A stretch of DNA of 64,000 bases from Octopus sinensis (Eukaryota). Position 1 is the stretch's first letter. Each line of letters starts with the position of its first letter. Position numbers and translations under genes: made by a program. This document shows positions 1-11,214 of the stretch, in pieces. The stretch spans positions 71,548,001 through 71,612,000 of the forward strand of contig NC_043009.1 in assembly GCF_006345805.1 (NCBI RefSeq), in the 5' to 3' direction. Under the pieces are notes generated by a model. It was not told the DNA's origin. It did not search any database and worked only from the letters and a program-made list of their open reading frames with translations.

Positions 1-87
1 TGTGTGTGTGTTGTGTGTGTGTGTTTGTGTGAGTGTTTGTGTGTGTGTGTGTGCGTGTGCACGCATGCATGTATGTGTGTGTGTTAA

Positions 88-255
88 CAGGAGCCAAGGT
101 ATGAGTGTCTGGTAAGAGGTTCACTTCCCAGCCTCATGGTTCCCAGTTCGGTTCCACTGCAGGGCACCTTGGACAAGTGTCTTCTACTATAGCCCTGGAC
201 TGACCAAAACTTGTGAGTGGATTTGGAGGATGGCAAATGAAAGAAGCCTGTCATA
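88..255 (+). mobile_element. tRNA-derived SINE head (octopus OK/OR-like family), followed by microsatellite
   Basis: Degenerate A/B-box region (agttcggttcc) followed by gcaccttggacaagtgtcttctactatagcc...ttgtgagtggatttgg...tgaaagaagcctgtc. The same sequence recurs at 6150-6305(-), 39180-39340(-) and 40994-41092(+). Confidence 0.7.
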
Positions 256-314
256 TGTATATATGTATGTATGTATTTATATACAAATATATATATATAC
301 ACACATATATATAT

Positions 315-1888
315 AGTGAAGAATTCCAGGTAGAAGTAGGGGTCCACCGAGGTTCAGCCCTTAGTCCCCTTCTATTCATCATAGTCCTCCAGGCAATAAC
401 AGAGGAATTCAAGACGGGTTGCCCCTGGGAGCTCCTCTATGCTGATGACCTGGCCCTCATAGCAGAATCATTACCGGAACTAGAAAAGAAATTTTGGGTG
501 TGGAAGCTAGGATTAGAATCAAAGGGCCTTAGAGTAAATGTAGTAAAGACCAAAGTTCTAGTAAGCAGAAAGGCGAACTCAGCACACACACCCACAGGTA
601 GGTGGCCCTGCTCGATCTGTAGGAAAGGTGTAGGTAGAAACTCCATAAGATGCACCCAGTGTAAGCTATGGACGCATAAGAGGTGCAGCAACATCAAAGG
701 GAAATTAACTGATAAGATAGCTTTCATGTGCAGCAGATGCACAGGGGCAATAGACACCACAGGTACTCAGAAAACAGATTCCATCACACTCCAGGGGAAG
801 AAACTAGAAGTAGTTGATAGTTTCCGCTACCTGGGTGACCAAGTTAGTAGTGGAGGTGGATGCTCAGAGAGTGTCACCACTAGAATACGAATAGTCTGGG
901 CAAAGTTTAGAAAGCTCTTACCCCTACTGGGGACAAAGGGTCTCTCACTTAGAGTGAAAGATAGATTGTATGATGCATGTGTGTGAACTGCCATGCTTCA
1001 CGTTAGTGAAACATGGGCTGTGACTGCAGAGGACATGTGTAGGCTTGAAAAAAATGAAGCTAGCATGATCCGCTGGATGTGTAATGTCAGTGTGCACACA
1101 CAACAGAGTGTAAGCGCCTTGAGAGAAATTTTGGATATAAGAAGCATCAGATGTGGTGTGCAAGAGAGACGTTTGCGCTGGTATGGTCATGTACTGTGGA
1201 TGGATGAGGAGAGATGTGTGAAGAAGTGCCACTCCCAAACAGTTGAAGGTATCCGGGGTAAAAGTAGACCCAGGAAGACATGGGATGAGGTAGTCAAGCA
1301 TGACTTTTGAACGTTGGGCTTCACAAAGGCAATGATGAAAGACCAAGATCTCTGGAGATATGCTGTGACTGCAAAGACCTGACAAATAATGTGAGTTCAT
1401 GGCTGCTTCCTGCACCAGTTTCGCATAGCCCCAGCCCATCCAAAGTACCTTGGATTGCAGAAGGACCTGCTGTGCTTACCTTGGATCGTAGGGTGACCTG
1501 CTGTGCTTGAGGAGACCTATTGAGTCAAGTACATCAACATCAAAATAAATGTCAAATGGAAATTGTTGTTGTCATACCTGTGCCGGCGGCACGTAAAAAG
1601 CACCATCCGAACATGGCCGATGCTAGCTCCACCTTGACTGGCTTCTGTGCCAGTGGCATGTAAAAACTGCCAACCGATTGTGGCCACTACCAGCCTCCCC
1701 TGGCACCTGTGCTGGTGGCTTGTAAAAAGCACCCACTATACTCACGGAGTGGTTGGCGTTAGGAAAGGCATCCAGCTGTAGAAACATTGCCAGATCAGAT
1801 TGGAGCCTGGTGCAGCCTCCTGGCTTCCCAGACCCTGGTCAAACCGTCCAACCCATGTTAGCACGGTGATGATGATGATGATGATGAT
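315..1888 (+). mobile_element. RTE-clade LINE, 5'-truncated: RT 3' half with PHD-finger insertion, long 3' UTR, (GAT)n tail
   Basis: GVHRGSALSPLLF, LLYADDLAL, KTKV, FRYLG and RLRWYGHV...GKSRPRKTW motifs; stop at about 984; C4HC3 motif at 603-740; ends in (GAT)n. Confidence 0.9.
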
Positions 1889-1892
1889 ATAT

Positions 1893-1961
<69 letters not shown>

Positions 1962-2670
1962 GTCTTCATTTAACGTCCGCTTTCTATGCTGGCATGGGTT
2001 GGACAATTTGACTGAGGACTGGCAAACCAGATGGCTGCATCAGGCTCCAATCTGATGTGGCACAGTTTGTACAGCTTGATACCCTTCCTAATGCCAAACA
2101 CTTTTACATGCCACTGACATGAGGGCCAGTCAGGTAGTACTGGCAACGGCCATGCTCAAATGGTGTTTTTTATGTGCCACCTGCACAGGAGCCAGTCCAG
2201 CGGCACTGGCAACGAGCTCACTCGAATGTTTTTTCCCGTACCACCAGCACAGGAGCCAGTCCAGCGGCACTGGCAATGAGCTCACTCGAATGTTTTTTCC
2301 CGTACCACCAGCACAGGAGCCAGTCCAGCGGCACTGGCAATGAGCTCACTCGAATGTTTTTTCCCATACCACCAGCACAGGAGCCAGTCCAGCGGCACTG
2401 GCAACGAGCTCACTCGAATGTTTTTTCCCGTACCACCAGCACAGGAGCCAGTCCAGCGGCACTGGCAATGAGCTCACTCGAATGTTTTTTCCCGTACCAC
2501 CAGCACAGGAGCCAGTCCAGCGGCACTGGCAATGAGCTCACTCGAATGTTTTTTCCCGTACCACCAGCACAGGAGCCAACCACTCTGGCTCTTAGCACTC
2601 GACTGGCATGGATGCTAGTCATCAAATTTGATTCGATTTCAATTTCACTTGCTTCAACATGTCTTCGCAT
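1893..2670 (-). mobile_element. RTE 3' UTR-only copy, tail-to-tail with the previous element
   Basis: (ATC)n followed by ttaacgtccgctttctatgctggcatgggttgg, the reverse complement of the family 3' terminus. Confidence 0.85.
2183..2575. repeat. 64-bp tandem repeat, about 6 copies, inside the RTE 3' UTR
   Basis: gcacaggagcc starts at 2183, 2247, 2311, 2375, 2439, 2503 and 2567. Confidence 0.95.
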
Positions 2671-2671
2671 G

Positions 2672-2674
2672 TGT

Positions 2675-2712
<38 letters not shown>

Positions 2713-2729
2713 GATAGATAGATAGATAG

Positions 2730-2768
<39 letters not shown>
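2672..2768. repeat. (GATA)n microsatellite
   Basis: Direct reading. Confidence 0.95.
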
Positions 2769-2769
<1 letters not shown>

Positions 2770-2910
2770 CGTGTGTGTGTGCATGTGTGTGTGTGTGCGT
2801 GTGTCTTTATGTTTGCGTTTGTCCCCACATATTGACTAATGGACACAGTTATAGATGTTAACTGACAACAACACGAGCAAGGACAGTGGTGCCAAGGAGA
2901 ACTCTTTTCA

Positions 2911-2947
<37 letters not shown>

Positions 2948-3010
2948 GGTCTTTCGTAAAAATATTCTCAAAGAATGTGTCACCAATTTATGTGAAATAT
3001 TTGAGGTCAT

Positions 3011-3300
3011 TATCATTATCATCATTATCGTTTAATTAACGTCCGTAATTCATGCTGGCATGGGTTGGACGGTTTGATTGGGGGCTGGCAAACTAGATGG
3101 TTGCACCAGGCTCCAATCTTATCTGGCAATGTTTCTACAGCTGGCTGCCCTTCCTAATGCCAGCCACTCTGAGAGTGTAGTGGATGCTTTTCACATGCCA
3201 CTGGCACGGGGGGGGGCAGTCAAGGGGCACTGGCATCGACCATGGTGCTTTGTACATGCCACTGATACGGTGACCAGTCAGGTGGCCCTGGCATCAATCA
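3011..3300 (-). mobile_element. RTE 3' end fragment
   Basis: ttaacgtccg...catgctggcatgggttggacgg...ccttcctaatgcc family terminus. Confidence 0.75.
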
Positions 3301-4284
3301 CATGATGTTTACAAATAAACTTTTTTCAATGCTAGCCATATAAAATACTGCAATTGTGGGCCCAACAGTTTACATACCAGGGGTCATAGATTACTTTATG
3401 GACAATGGAAGGGACTTTCAGTTGTGAAGGCCATCAGAAACTTTCTAAAGATGTTTCTTGGCAAATTAAGTAGTTTTTAGTGTTTTGTTTGTATATCCAC
3501 TTAACTAATATTATGGCAACGATCATTAAATGAACGTCGGGGCATCAAAGTCGTCAAGTTGCCAATTTCGTTAATTTACTGTAAAATTTCTAGGAATTTA
3601 TCCAATTAGTAAATATTGTATGTAATTCTGTGTGCTTGTATGTGTGTGTTTGTATTGGTTTGTATGTGTATGTATATATAAATATATTATATATTTGTGC
3701 ATTAAATTCAGGAGACAAGCTGGAGTAAATAAGTACATATTATACAGCTAATATACACACATTCACACATTCACACACACACACACACACACACACAGTT
3801 ATTGTGGTAGATTGCTTCAAGTCAGTGAGCAAATTAAAATTGTGTAAATCAAAGGAGATATATTTTTATTGAAATTATCCATAAAAAAAGCTGAAACATA
3901 ATTTTAAACAGTTATTTATTGAAATGGCAATACAAAAATACATTGTGTGTGTGTGTGTGTGCATGCATGTGTGAGCATGTGTGTGTGTGTGTGTGCATCT
4001 GTGTGTGTGTGTGTACCAGACTGGAATAAGTTTTGTAGCTGATGCTATTAAGAAAAAGCCCTTTGAAGATGGCCTTTTCCACGTCACTGTATTCTGTACA
4101 CAAAAACCTCTTGCCTTTATGTTTTGAATGCAAAACTGAAATGAGAAGAAAATGAAAAATTAAAGGAGAAAAGCAAAAAAGACAATGTTTGATGTTTCTA
4201 AATGATAGACAGGAAAAATAAGTTAAAACTGTGGAAACTGAAATACTGCGTAATCTGAGGAGCAACCATGTATGTATGTATGTA

Positions 4285-4330
<46 letters not shown>

Positions 4331-5841
4331 TGTGTGTGTGTACATACAACACCCATCACACACACAAATGTTTGCTTTACAATCATGTGGTTCCAGGTTT
4401 AGTCCTGTTGGATGACCCCATAGACAAGGATCATCTACCCATAGCCTTATGAGTAAAACTGGGAAAGACAGAAACACTAAGGAAACCCTTAGAGTCAGTA
4501 GTGCCTGATTTTTGGCTGATCCCTCTTAAGGATAAAAACCATCGGTTGGACCTTGGATCCCTTCAGCAGATTTTGTTCCATTGAAACCATTCTGACCACT
4601 TCTCCAGCCTGAAAGTAGCAAGATGCTGGTCGTTTTCTCATGCCACTCTAAAAAGACAGCATAGAGCGATTTGAGGGAGATTCATCTACTATCTTTAGCA
4701 AGCTAAGTGACTTCAATATTTTTGTCTTGATATTTGGGGCAGTGAAATGTTCAGGGTTGCTTATATTTATTGCACTTGCAGAGGGAATATGGTGTGTGTG
4801 TGTGGGGGGGGGGGGGGTGCATGTGTGTATGCGTGCATGTGCATGCATGTGTGTGCATGTGTGTGTGTGTGCCTGCGTGTGTGTGTATGCATTCATGCAT
4901 GTGTGCATGCATGTGTGTGTATGCATTCGTGCATGTGTGTGTGCATGTGTGCTTGTTTGTCCCTCCGTACATGTCGTCCACAGAGAGTAAAGATGGGTTT
5001 AAATGAAGCTGACTTCAGTTTAATAAACTAGTTTCCATTTTGTGAGATGTGTGCTTGAAATGCTGGTTATTTTGCTCCTTTTAAAAGCATTAATATCATT
5101 AGTAAAGCCTTGAATGGCCTTCCCCTAATCACCCATTCCTTAATAAGAAGAAGAGAGCTTATGAAAGTCTGCACTGAAAATGCAAGCAGATATTAGATGC
5201 ATTGTTTCATGAATGGAATATTTATGAATGAAACCATTTCAATTCTGATATGTTACTAATGCTTTACACAAGCATTCTACACGTCACATTATAAGGCTTT
5301 CACTTTAGAACCACAAATTCCTGGATTTCATTCCATTATATGGTACATTGAGTGTCTTCTTCCACAGCCTCTGATCTCAGACTGGCCGATACCACACAAG
5401 TGAAAATTTGATAGAAATTACTGTGGGTGTGTGATTGTGTGTGTATATGTAAATATATATATATATAAATTAAAACAAGGATATAAAATCCTCTTAAAGG
5501 GATCTTGGCATCCAAGTCCCCCAGTTTTATCAAAGAAAAAAGACATTGGTTGCTGGAATGCACATGTCTGAGTCTAAAAAGGGTCAAACAACACAATGGA
5601 ATGTAGCACCATTTTATCAAATTCTTCCCCTGATGAAATGCACAATTAATGATACTCAATATGAAAATTTAATTTAATATAATTTAATTTCTCAAATTGA
5701 ATTAGTTGGGATTGGAAAAATGGTAGGTGCAATGGATTTGATACTGTTTGGAATTGAAGGCTGAATATGTTCTAATGAATTAATGTCTACCATATATCAG
5801 TTTTTCTGTTTCCTTTTCCTCATATATATATACACACACAT

Positions 5842-5888
<47 letters not shown>

Positions 5889-5896
5889 TACATATA

Positions 5897-6305
5897 TATT
5901 CTTTTATTTGTTTCAGACAGTTGACTGTAGCCATGATGGAGCACCACCTTTAGTCAAACAAACCGACTCCAGGACCTATTCTTTGTAAGCCTAGTACTTA
6001 TTCTATCATGCCCTTTTGGTGAACGGCTAAGTTACGGGGATGCAAACACACCAGCATCGGGGGTCAAGCGATGGTGGGGGACAAACACAGACACACAAAC
6101 ATATACACACGCACACGCACACACACATACACACACACACACACACACATAATATATGACAGGCTTCTTTCAGTTTCTGTTCACCAAATCCACTCACAAG
6201 GCTTTGGTCGACCTGAAGCTATAGTAGAGGACACTTGTCCAAGGTGCTGCACAATGGGACTGAACCCAGAACCATATGGTTGGCAAGCAAGCTACTTACC
6301 ACACA
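5897..6305 (-). mobile_element. Full tRNA-derived SINE: head, internal (CA)n microsatellite, tail
   Basis: Head 6305-6150 (B-box-like GGTTCAGTCCC on minus), microsatellite 6085-6150, tail ending ggtggtgctccatcatggctacagtcaactgtctgaaacaaataaaagaa. Confidence 0.75.
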
Positions 6306-6325
6306 CTCCTGTGTTATATATATAT

Positions 6326-6380
<55 letters not shown>

Positions 6381-6785
6381 TATGTATACATATATATATA
6401 TGTATACATACTTTAAATATGAAAAATTAATTTATTAGGTTTTTATTATATGTGCATATATATTTATTTATAGAGATTATTTTAGATCTTAATTATAATA
6501 TTTATATACATTTATATATTTTCATTGATAATTTATATATATTAGTCATTTTTAAATATTTATGTAATTAGATATAGATTAATACCGATATTAGATTATT
6601 GGTGGGTTTCCTACCTTATAAATTAAAATTAATATTTAACATTATAGTCGATTTTGATATAATCATAATTGTTAAGTTTTGTGTTTCTAGTTTGATAATA
6701 GAGTTTATTATAAGTAAAATTATTATATTATTTATATCTTAAAAATATTGTTTAAATATTTCTGATTATATTTTAGATATTTCAA

Positions 6786-6858
6786 TTAACCTGAAGATTG
6801 ACTGTAACCATAACTCGAATTATTACGAATTGTACAGCCATGAAACGATCGTAGAGTT
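6786..6858 (+). ncRNA. Candidate type-I hammerhead ribozyme (possibly degenerate)
   Basis: CUGAAGA at 6791-6797; helix II 6799-6806/6833-6840 (7 of 8 pairs); GAAA at 6842-6845; palindromic ACGATCGT at 6845-6852; GUA triplet ending at 6853. Helix I is weak. Confidence 0.55.
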
Positions 6859-7241
6859 TTACTCTTTATCTTTTATTAAACTTTTAATACTTTTGATATA
6901 TATTTAAAATAATATAAATTAATTAATTTTATGTATTGGCTTATGTTTTTCATTGTTTGATTTGCCTAATAGTGGTTTTATCTCTAATTAATATAATATA
7001 ATATAATATATTTATACTATAAAATTGGATTTAATCCTAAATCTGATTTTTCCCTGTAAGTTTGGATTTATTCCCTAATATTTTATTATTAATTTATATA
7101 TATATATATATATATATGCATACATACATACATATATTTATATATATATGTATACATACATACATATATTTATATATATATATATTATATATATATATAT
7201 ATATTATATATATATATATGTATACATATATGTGTATATGT

Positions 7242-7284
<43 letters not shown>

Positions 7285-7423
7285 CATACATACATACATA
7301 CATACATACATGCATACATATATTTATATATATATATATATATATATATGTATACATACATACATACATACATATATCTATATATATATAAATGTATACA
7401 TATATATATTTTTTTTTTTTTTC

Positions 7424-9990
7424 TTAGTTTCAGCTCAGAGCTGCAGCCATGCTGATGCACTGCCGTTTTGTGCTACACTGTTATTACTAAGAGCCTCCTT
7501 TAATATGTGGCACTTGGTGAAGAATGGAGTTTGATACAGCTACTCTCATTTGCACCTCTTGCCGTGAGGTAGGTTCATCTGGGACTCTTGATAGGAAGAT
7601 GTCCAGCTTTGATTTAAAAACCACTACATCTACTTTGTGCAAGTTCCTCAGACTCTTTGGGAGAATATTAAAAAACTGTGGGCCCTTGAAACCAGGCTGT
7701 TGCAGAAGCTGGTCCTGAAGCGTGATGGCATTGCTGGGATCTTTGGCACCAGGCAGTTTCGTCCTGTTCTAGCATTGGTGTAGCTTACAATGCCAAAATT
7801 TGGCACAATTCCTTCCATGATCTTCCAGACATATATTACTGCATACCTCTCCTGTCTTCTCTCCAGGGAGTTGAGTCTTAGCTGTTTCAACCTTTCCCAG
7901 TAGCTGAGCTGTTGCAAAGAGATGATCTTCTTTGTGAATCTTCTCTGGATTGCTTCAAGGTCCGCTGTTAATTTTACACTGGTGGGTGACCATAGCTGTG
8001 AGCAGTAATCTAGGCGGCTGAGGACGAATGTCCGCTAGAGAACCATCATGGTTTCCTTATCTCTGGTTCTGAATGTTCTTAGGATCCACCCAGCCAGTCG
8101 TCTGCACTTTGTCGCCATCCTGGTAATGTGCACTTGGAAAGAGGTATCATCACTCATGTCGATACCCAGGTCCCTCACAGACTTAGGCTCTGGGATTGAA
8201 ATTCCCTGTGGATCGGTGTATCCTGTAAGTTTAATATTCAGTTTTGGATGCTGGTAGTGCAGGGCCTGGAATTTTTCAGCATTAAACTGCATATTATTAT
8301 CCTCAGCCCATCTGTAGATTGAATCCAACTCCTGCTGCAGGTGTGCAACATCGCTGGGGTTCTGTATTTTCTGCGAGACTTTCGTATCGTCTGCATAGCT
8401 GGCCAGAGTGGTTATCCGGGCATTTGAGGACATATCTGAGAGGGCCACTATAAAAAGCAGTGGTTCCAAGACAGTGCCCTGTGGAACACCGCTCACTATT
8501 TGTGTGTTCATAGAGGTGGCTCCATTAACCACTACTGCCTGACTCCTATCTTTCAGGAAGTCATGTAACCACACTCCAAGTTTTCCAGCTATGCCGAGGT
8601 CACGCAGTTTGTGGCATATCATACCATGATCCACCTTGTCAAAAGCTTTTGCAAAATCAAGGTAGATTACGTCCACATTTGATTTGTTGAGTATCTGCCT
8701 CAACACCCAGTCATAATGTTGTAAGAGCTGGGTCAGGCAGCTCCTACCTGGTCGAAAACCATGCTGGGTATTACTCAGCAAGTTATTTTCCTCAAGGAAT
8801 GCGATTAGTATCTTTCTGACTATCCGTTCCATGACTTTGCTGATGTGTGAAGTCAGAGAGATAGGCCTATAGTTTTTGGCATCTGCTCTACTTCCCCCTT
8901 TATGTATTGGGCATATTATTCCCTCCTTCAGCTTGCTTGGCAGTTTGCCATTCGCAAGAAAGCTCTGGAAGAGAATCTTGAGGGGTTTTGCCAGGGCATG
9001 CTTACACACTTTGAGGAGGATGGCTGGGAAACCATCTGGATCAGCAGCTGAGTTATGTGTCCACTTCATCTATGGCTAGTAGGACATCTTTTTCGCTAAT
9101 GTCAATACATTCTATTGTAACTGCCTTGCTGGTTATAGGTGAGGCGGCAAAGAAGTCCACTGGCTCGTTCACTTGTCTGTGTTCCAACGGGGTGGTAAAG
9201 ACACTTTTGAACTGGTCATTCAGCATCTCACTGATCTTAGTTGGACTGTCTGTGAGGGAGCTATCCTTTTGGAGGAGGGGTCCTATCTTGTAGTGCACTG
9301 AGACTGTTTCTTTCGCGTAATGAAAGAAGGCCTTTGGGTTTGATTTAATGTTTTTTATAACCCAGGCTTCTTTGTCTGCTTTCTCCTTCACATAGGATTG
9401 TTGCAGCCTTTTTTCGATCTCCATCAGTGTTGTTTTTAGGCGGGACGTTTCGCTACTTTTGGGATGTTGGTTGAGATGATTTGCAACCTTCGTCCTTCGT
9501 CTCATGAGGATCTTCCTGTCTCTTGGAATCTTGCTCCTATTTGTTTTGGCCTTGTGCTCTGGGACATATTTCTGGCATACGGCTTGCACAGAAGACATGA
9601 AACATTCTAGTTTCATGTCAATGTCTGGTGTGGAGAGATATTCCGGTCAGTCCTCTCTGAGGATCTCTTTTTGGATCGATTTCCAGTCTGCTTTGTGGAA
9701 GTTCAGATTGGAGAGATTTTGGGTGCTTCCTTTAGGCTGTATGTCTCTGGTTACTTTTGGCCCAAACATAGACAGCTCTATTATGTTGTGATCCGAAACT
9801 AGTGTCGGTGTCACTTACACATCATGAATGATGTCCATATTGTTCGTGAAACAGAGATCCAGAATGTTATTCGCCCCAGTTGGCTTGAGTACAACTTGCT
9901 CCATGAATAAAGCATTGGTGAGGTTGAGCAGGGACTCCACCTGTACTTGCTTGCAATGATTCATTCCTGAGAGTATGTGACCTTCGGGTC
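7424..9990 (-). mobile_element. CR1-clade LINE ORF2 (end of AP endonuclease plus RT), 5'-truncated, frameshifted
   Basis: NNILDLCF...SDHN endonuclease end; NYRPISLTSHISKVMER, QHGFRPGRSCLTQL, YLDFAKAFDKVDH, SGVPQGTVL and YADDTK motifs; A-rich 3' end at about 7410-7424. Confidence 0.92.
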
Positions 9991-10006
9991 ATATGTATAT
10001 ATATAT

Positions 10007-11214
10007 CATCATCATCATCATCATCATCATTTAACGTCCGTTTTCCTCGCTAGCACGGGTTGGACGGTTCGACCGGGGTCTGGGGAGCCAGGGGCTGCCC
10101 CAGGCTCCAGTCTGATCTGGCAGTGTTTCTGCAGCTGGATGCCCTTCCTAACGCCAACCACTCCGCGAGTGTAGTGGGTGCTTTTTACGTGCCACCTGCA
10201 CAGGTGCCAGAGGGGTCTAGCATCGGCCACGATCGGTTGGTGCTTTTTTATGTGCCACCGGCACAGAAGCCAGTCAAGGCGGTGCTGGCATCAGCCACGT
10301 TCGGATGGTGCTTTTTATGTGCCACCGGCACAGAAGCCAGTCGGGGCGGCACAGGTATCACAACTACTGTTTCCATTGATATTTGGTTCGATGTTCATGT
10401 ACATGCACTTGACTCAACAGGTCTCCTCAAGCACAGCGAGATGTTCCAGGATCCCATGATCGGTTGGTGCTTTTTATGTGCCACCGGCACAGAAGCCAGT
10501 CGAGGCGGTGCTGGCGTCGGCCACGCTCGGATGGTGCTTTTTATGTGCCACCGGCACAGAAGCCAGTCGGGGCGGTGCTGGCATCGGCCACGTTCGGATG
10601 GTGCTTTTTATGTGCCACCGGCACAGAAGCCAGTCGGGGCGGTGCTGGCATCGGCCACGTTCAGATGGTGCTTTTTATGTGTCACCGGCACAAGTATCAC
10701 AGCTACTGTTTCCATTGATATTTGGTTCGATGTTCATGTGCCACTGGCACAGAAGCCATTCGAGGTGGGGTTGGCATTGGTCACGTTCGGATGGTGCTTT
10801 TTATGTGCCACCGGCACAGAATCCAGTGGAGGCTGCACTGGCATTGGCCACGTTCGGATGGTGCTTTTTATGTGTCACCGGCACAGGTATCACAACTACT
10901 GTTTCCATTGATATTTGGTTTGATGTTCATGTACGTGTACTTGACTCAACAGGTCTCCTCAAGCACAGCGAGATGTTCCGGGATCCTACGATCGGTTGGT
11001 GCTGGCATCGGCCACGTTCGGATGGTGCTTTTTATGTGCCACCGGCACAGAAGCCATTCGAGGTGGGGTTGGCATCGGCCCACGTTTGGATGGTGCTTTT
11101 TATGTGTCACCGGCACAGGTATCACAGCTACTGTTTCCATTGATATTTGGTTCGATGTTCATGTATATGCACTTGACTCGACAGGTCTCCTCAAGCACAG
11201 CGAGATGTTCCGGG
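10007..11214 (-). mobile_element. RTE 3' UTR-only copy with internally amplified 67-bp and about 100-bp modules
   Basis: (ATC)n plus family terminus; agaagcc at 10491, 10558 and 10625 (67-bp period); flanked by (AT)n at both ends. Confidence 0.85.

Noticed and set aside
5627-5668. CTGATGA...GAAA hammerhead-like spacing
   Set aside because: No helix II, III or I pairing.
7062-7534. Long ORFs of I/Y/H/T/V/C/M repeats (also 18.5-19.6, 29.2-29.8, 33.6-34.3, 40.5-41.0 and 42.5-43.5 kb)
   Set aside because: They are translations of (TA)n, (CA)n and (TATG)n microsatellites.
10200-11214. Constant hairpin plus variable spacer pattern resembling CRISPR
   Set aside because: The spacers are homologous to each other and belong to an RTE 3' UTR minisatellite in a eukaryotic context.
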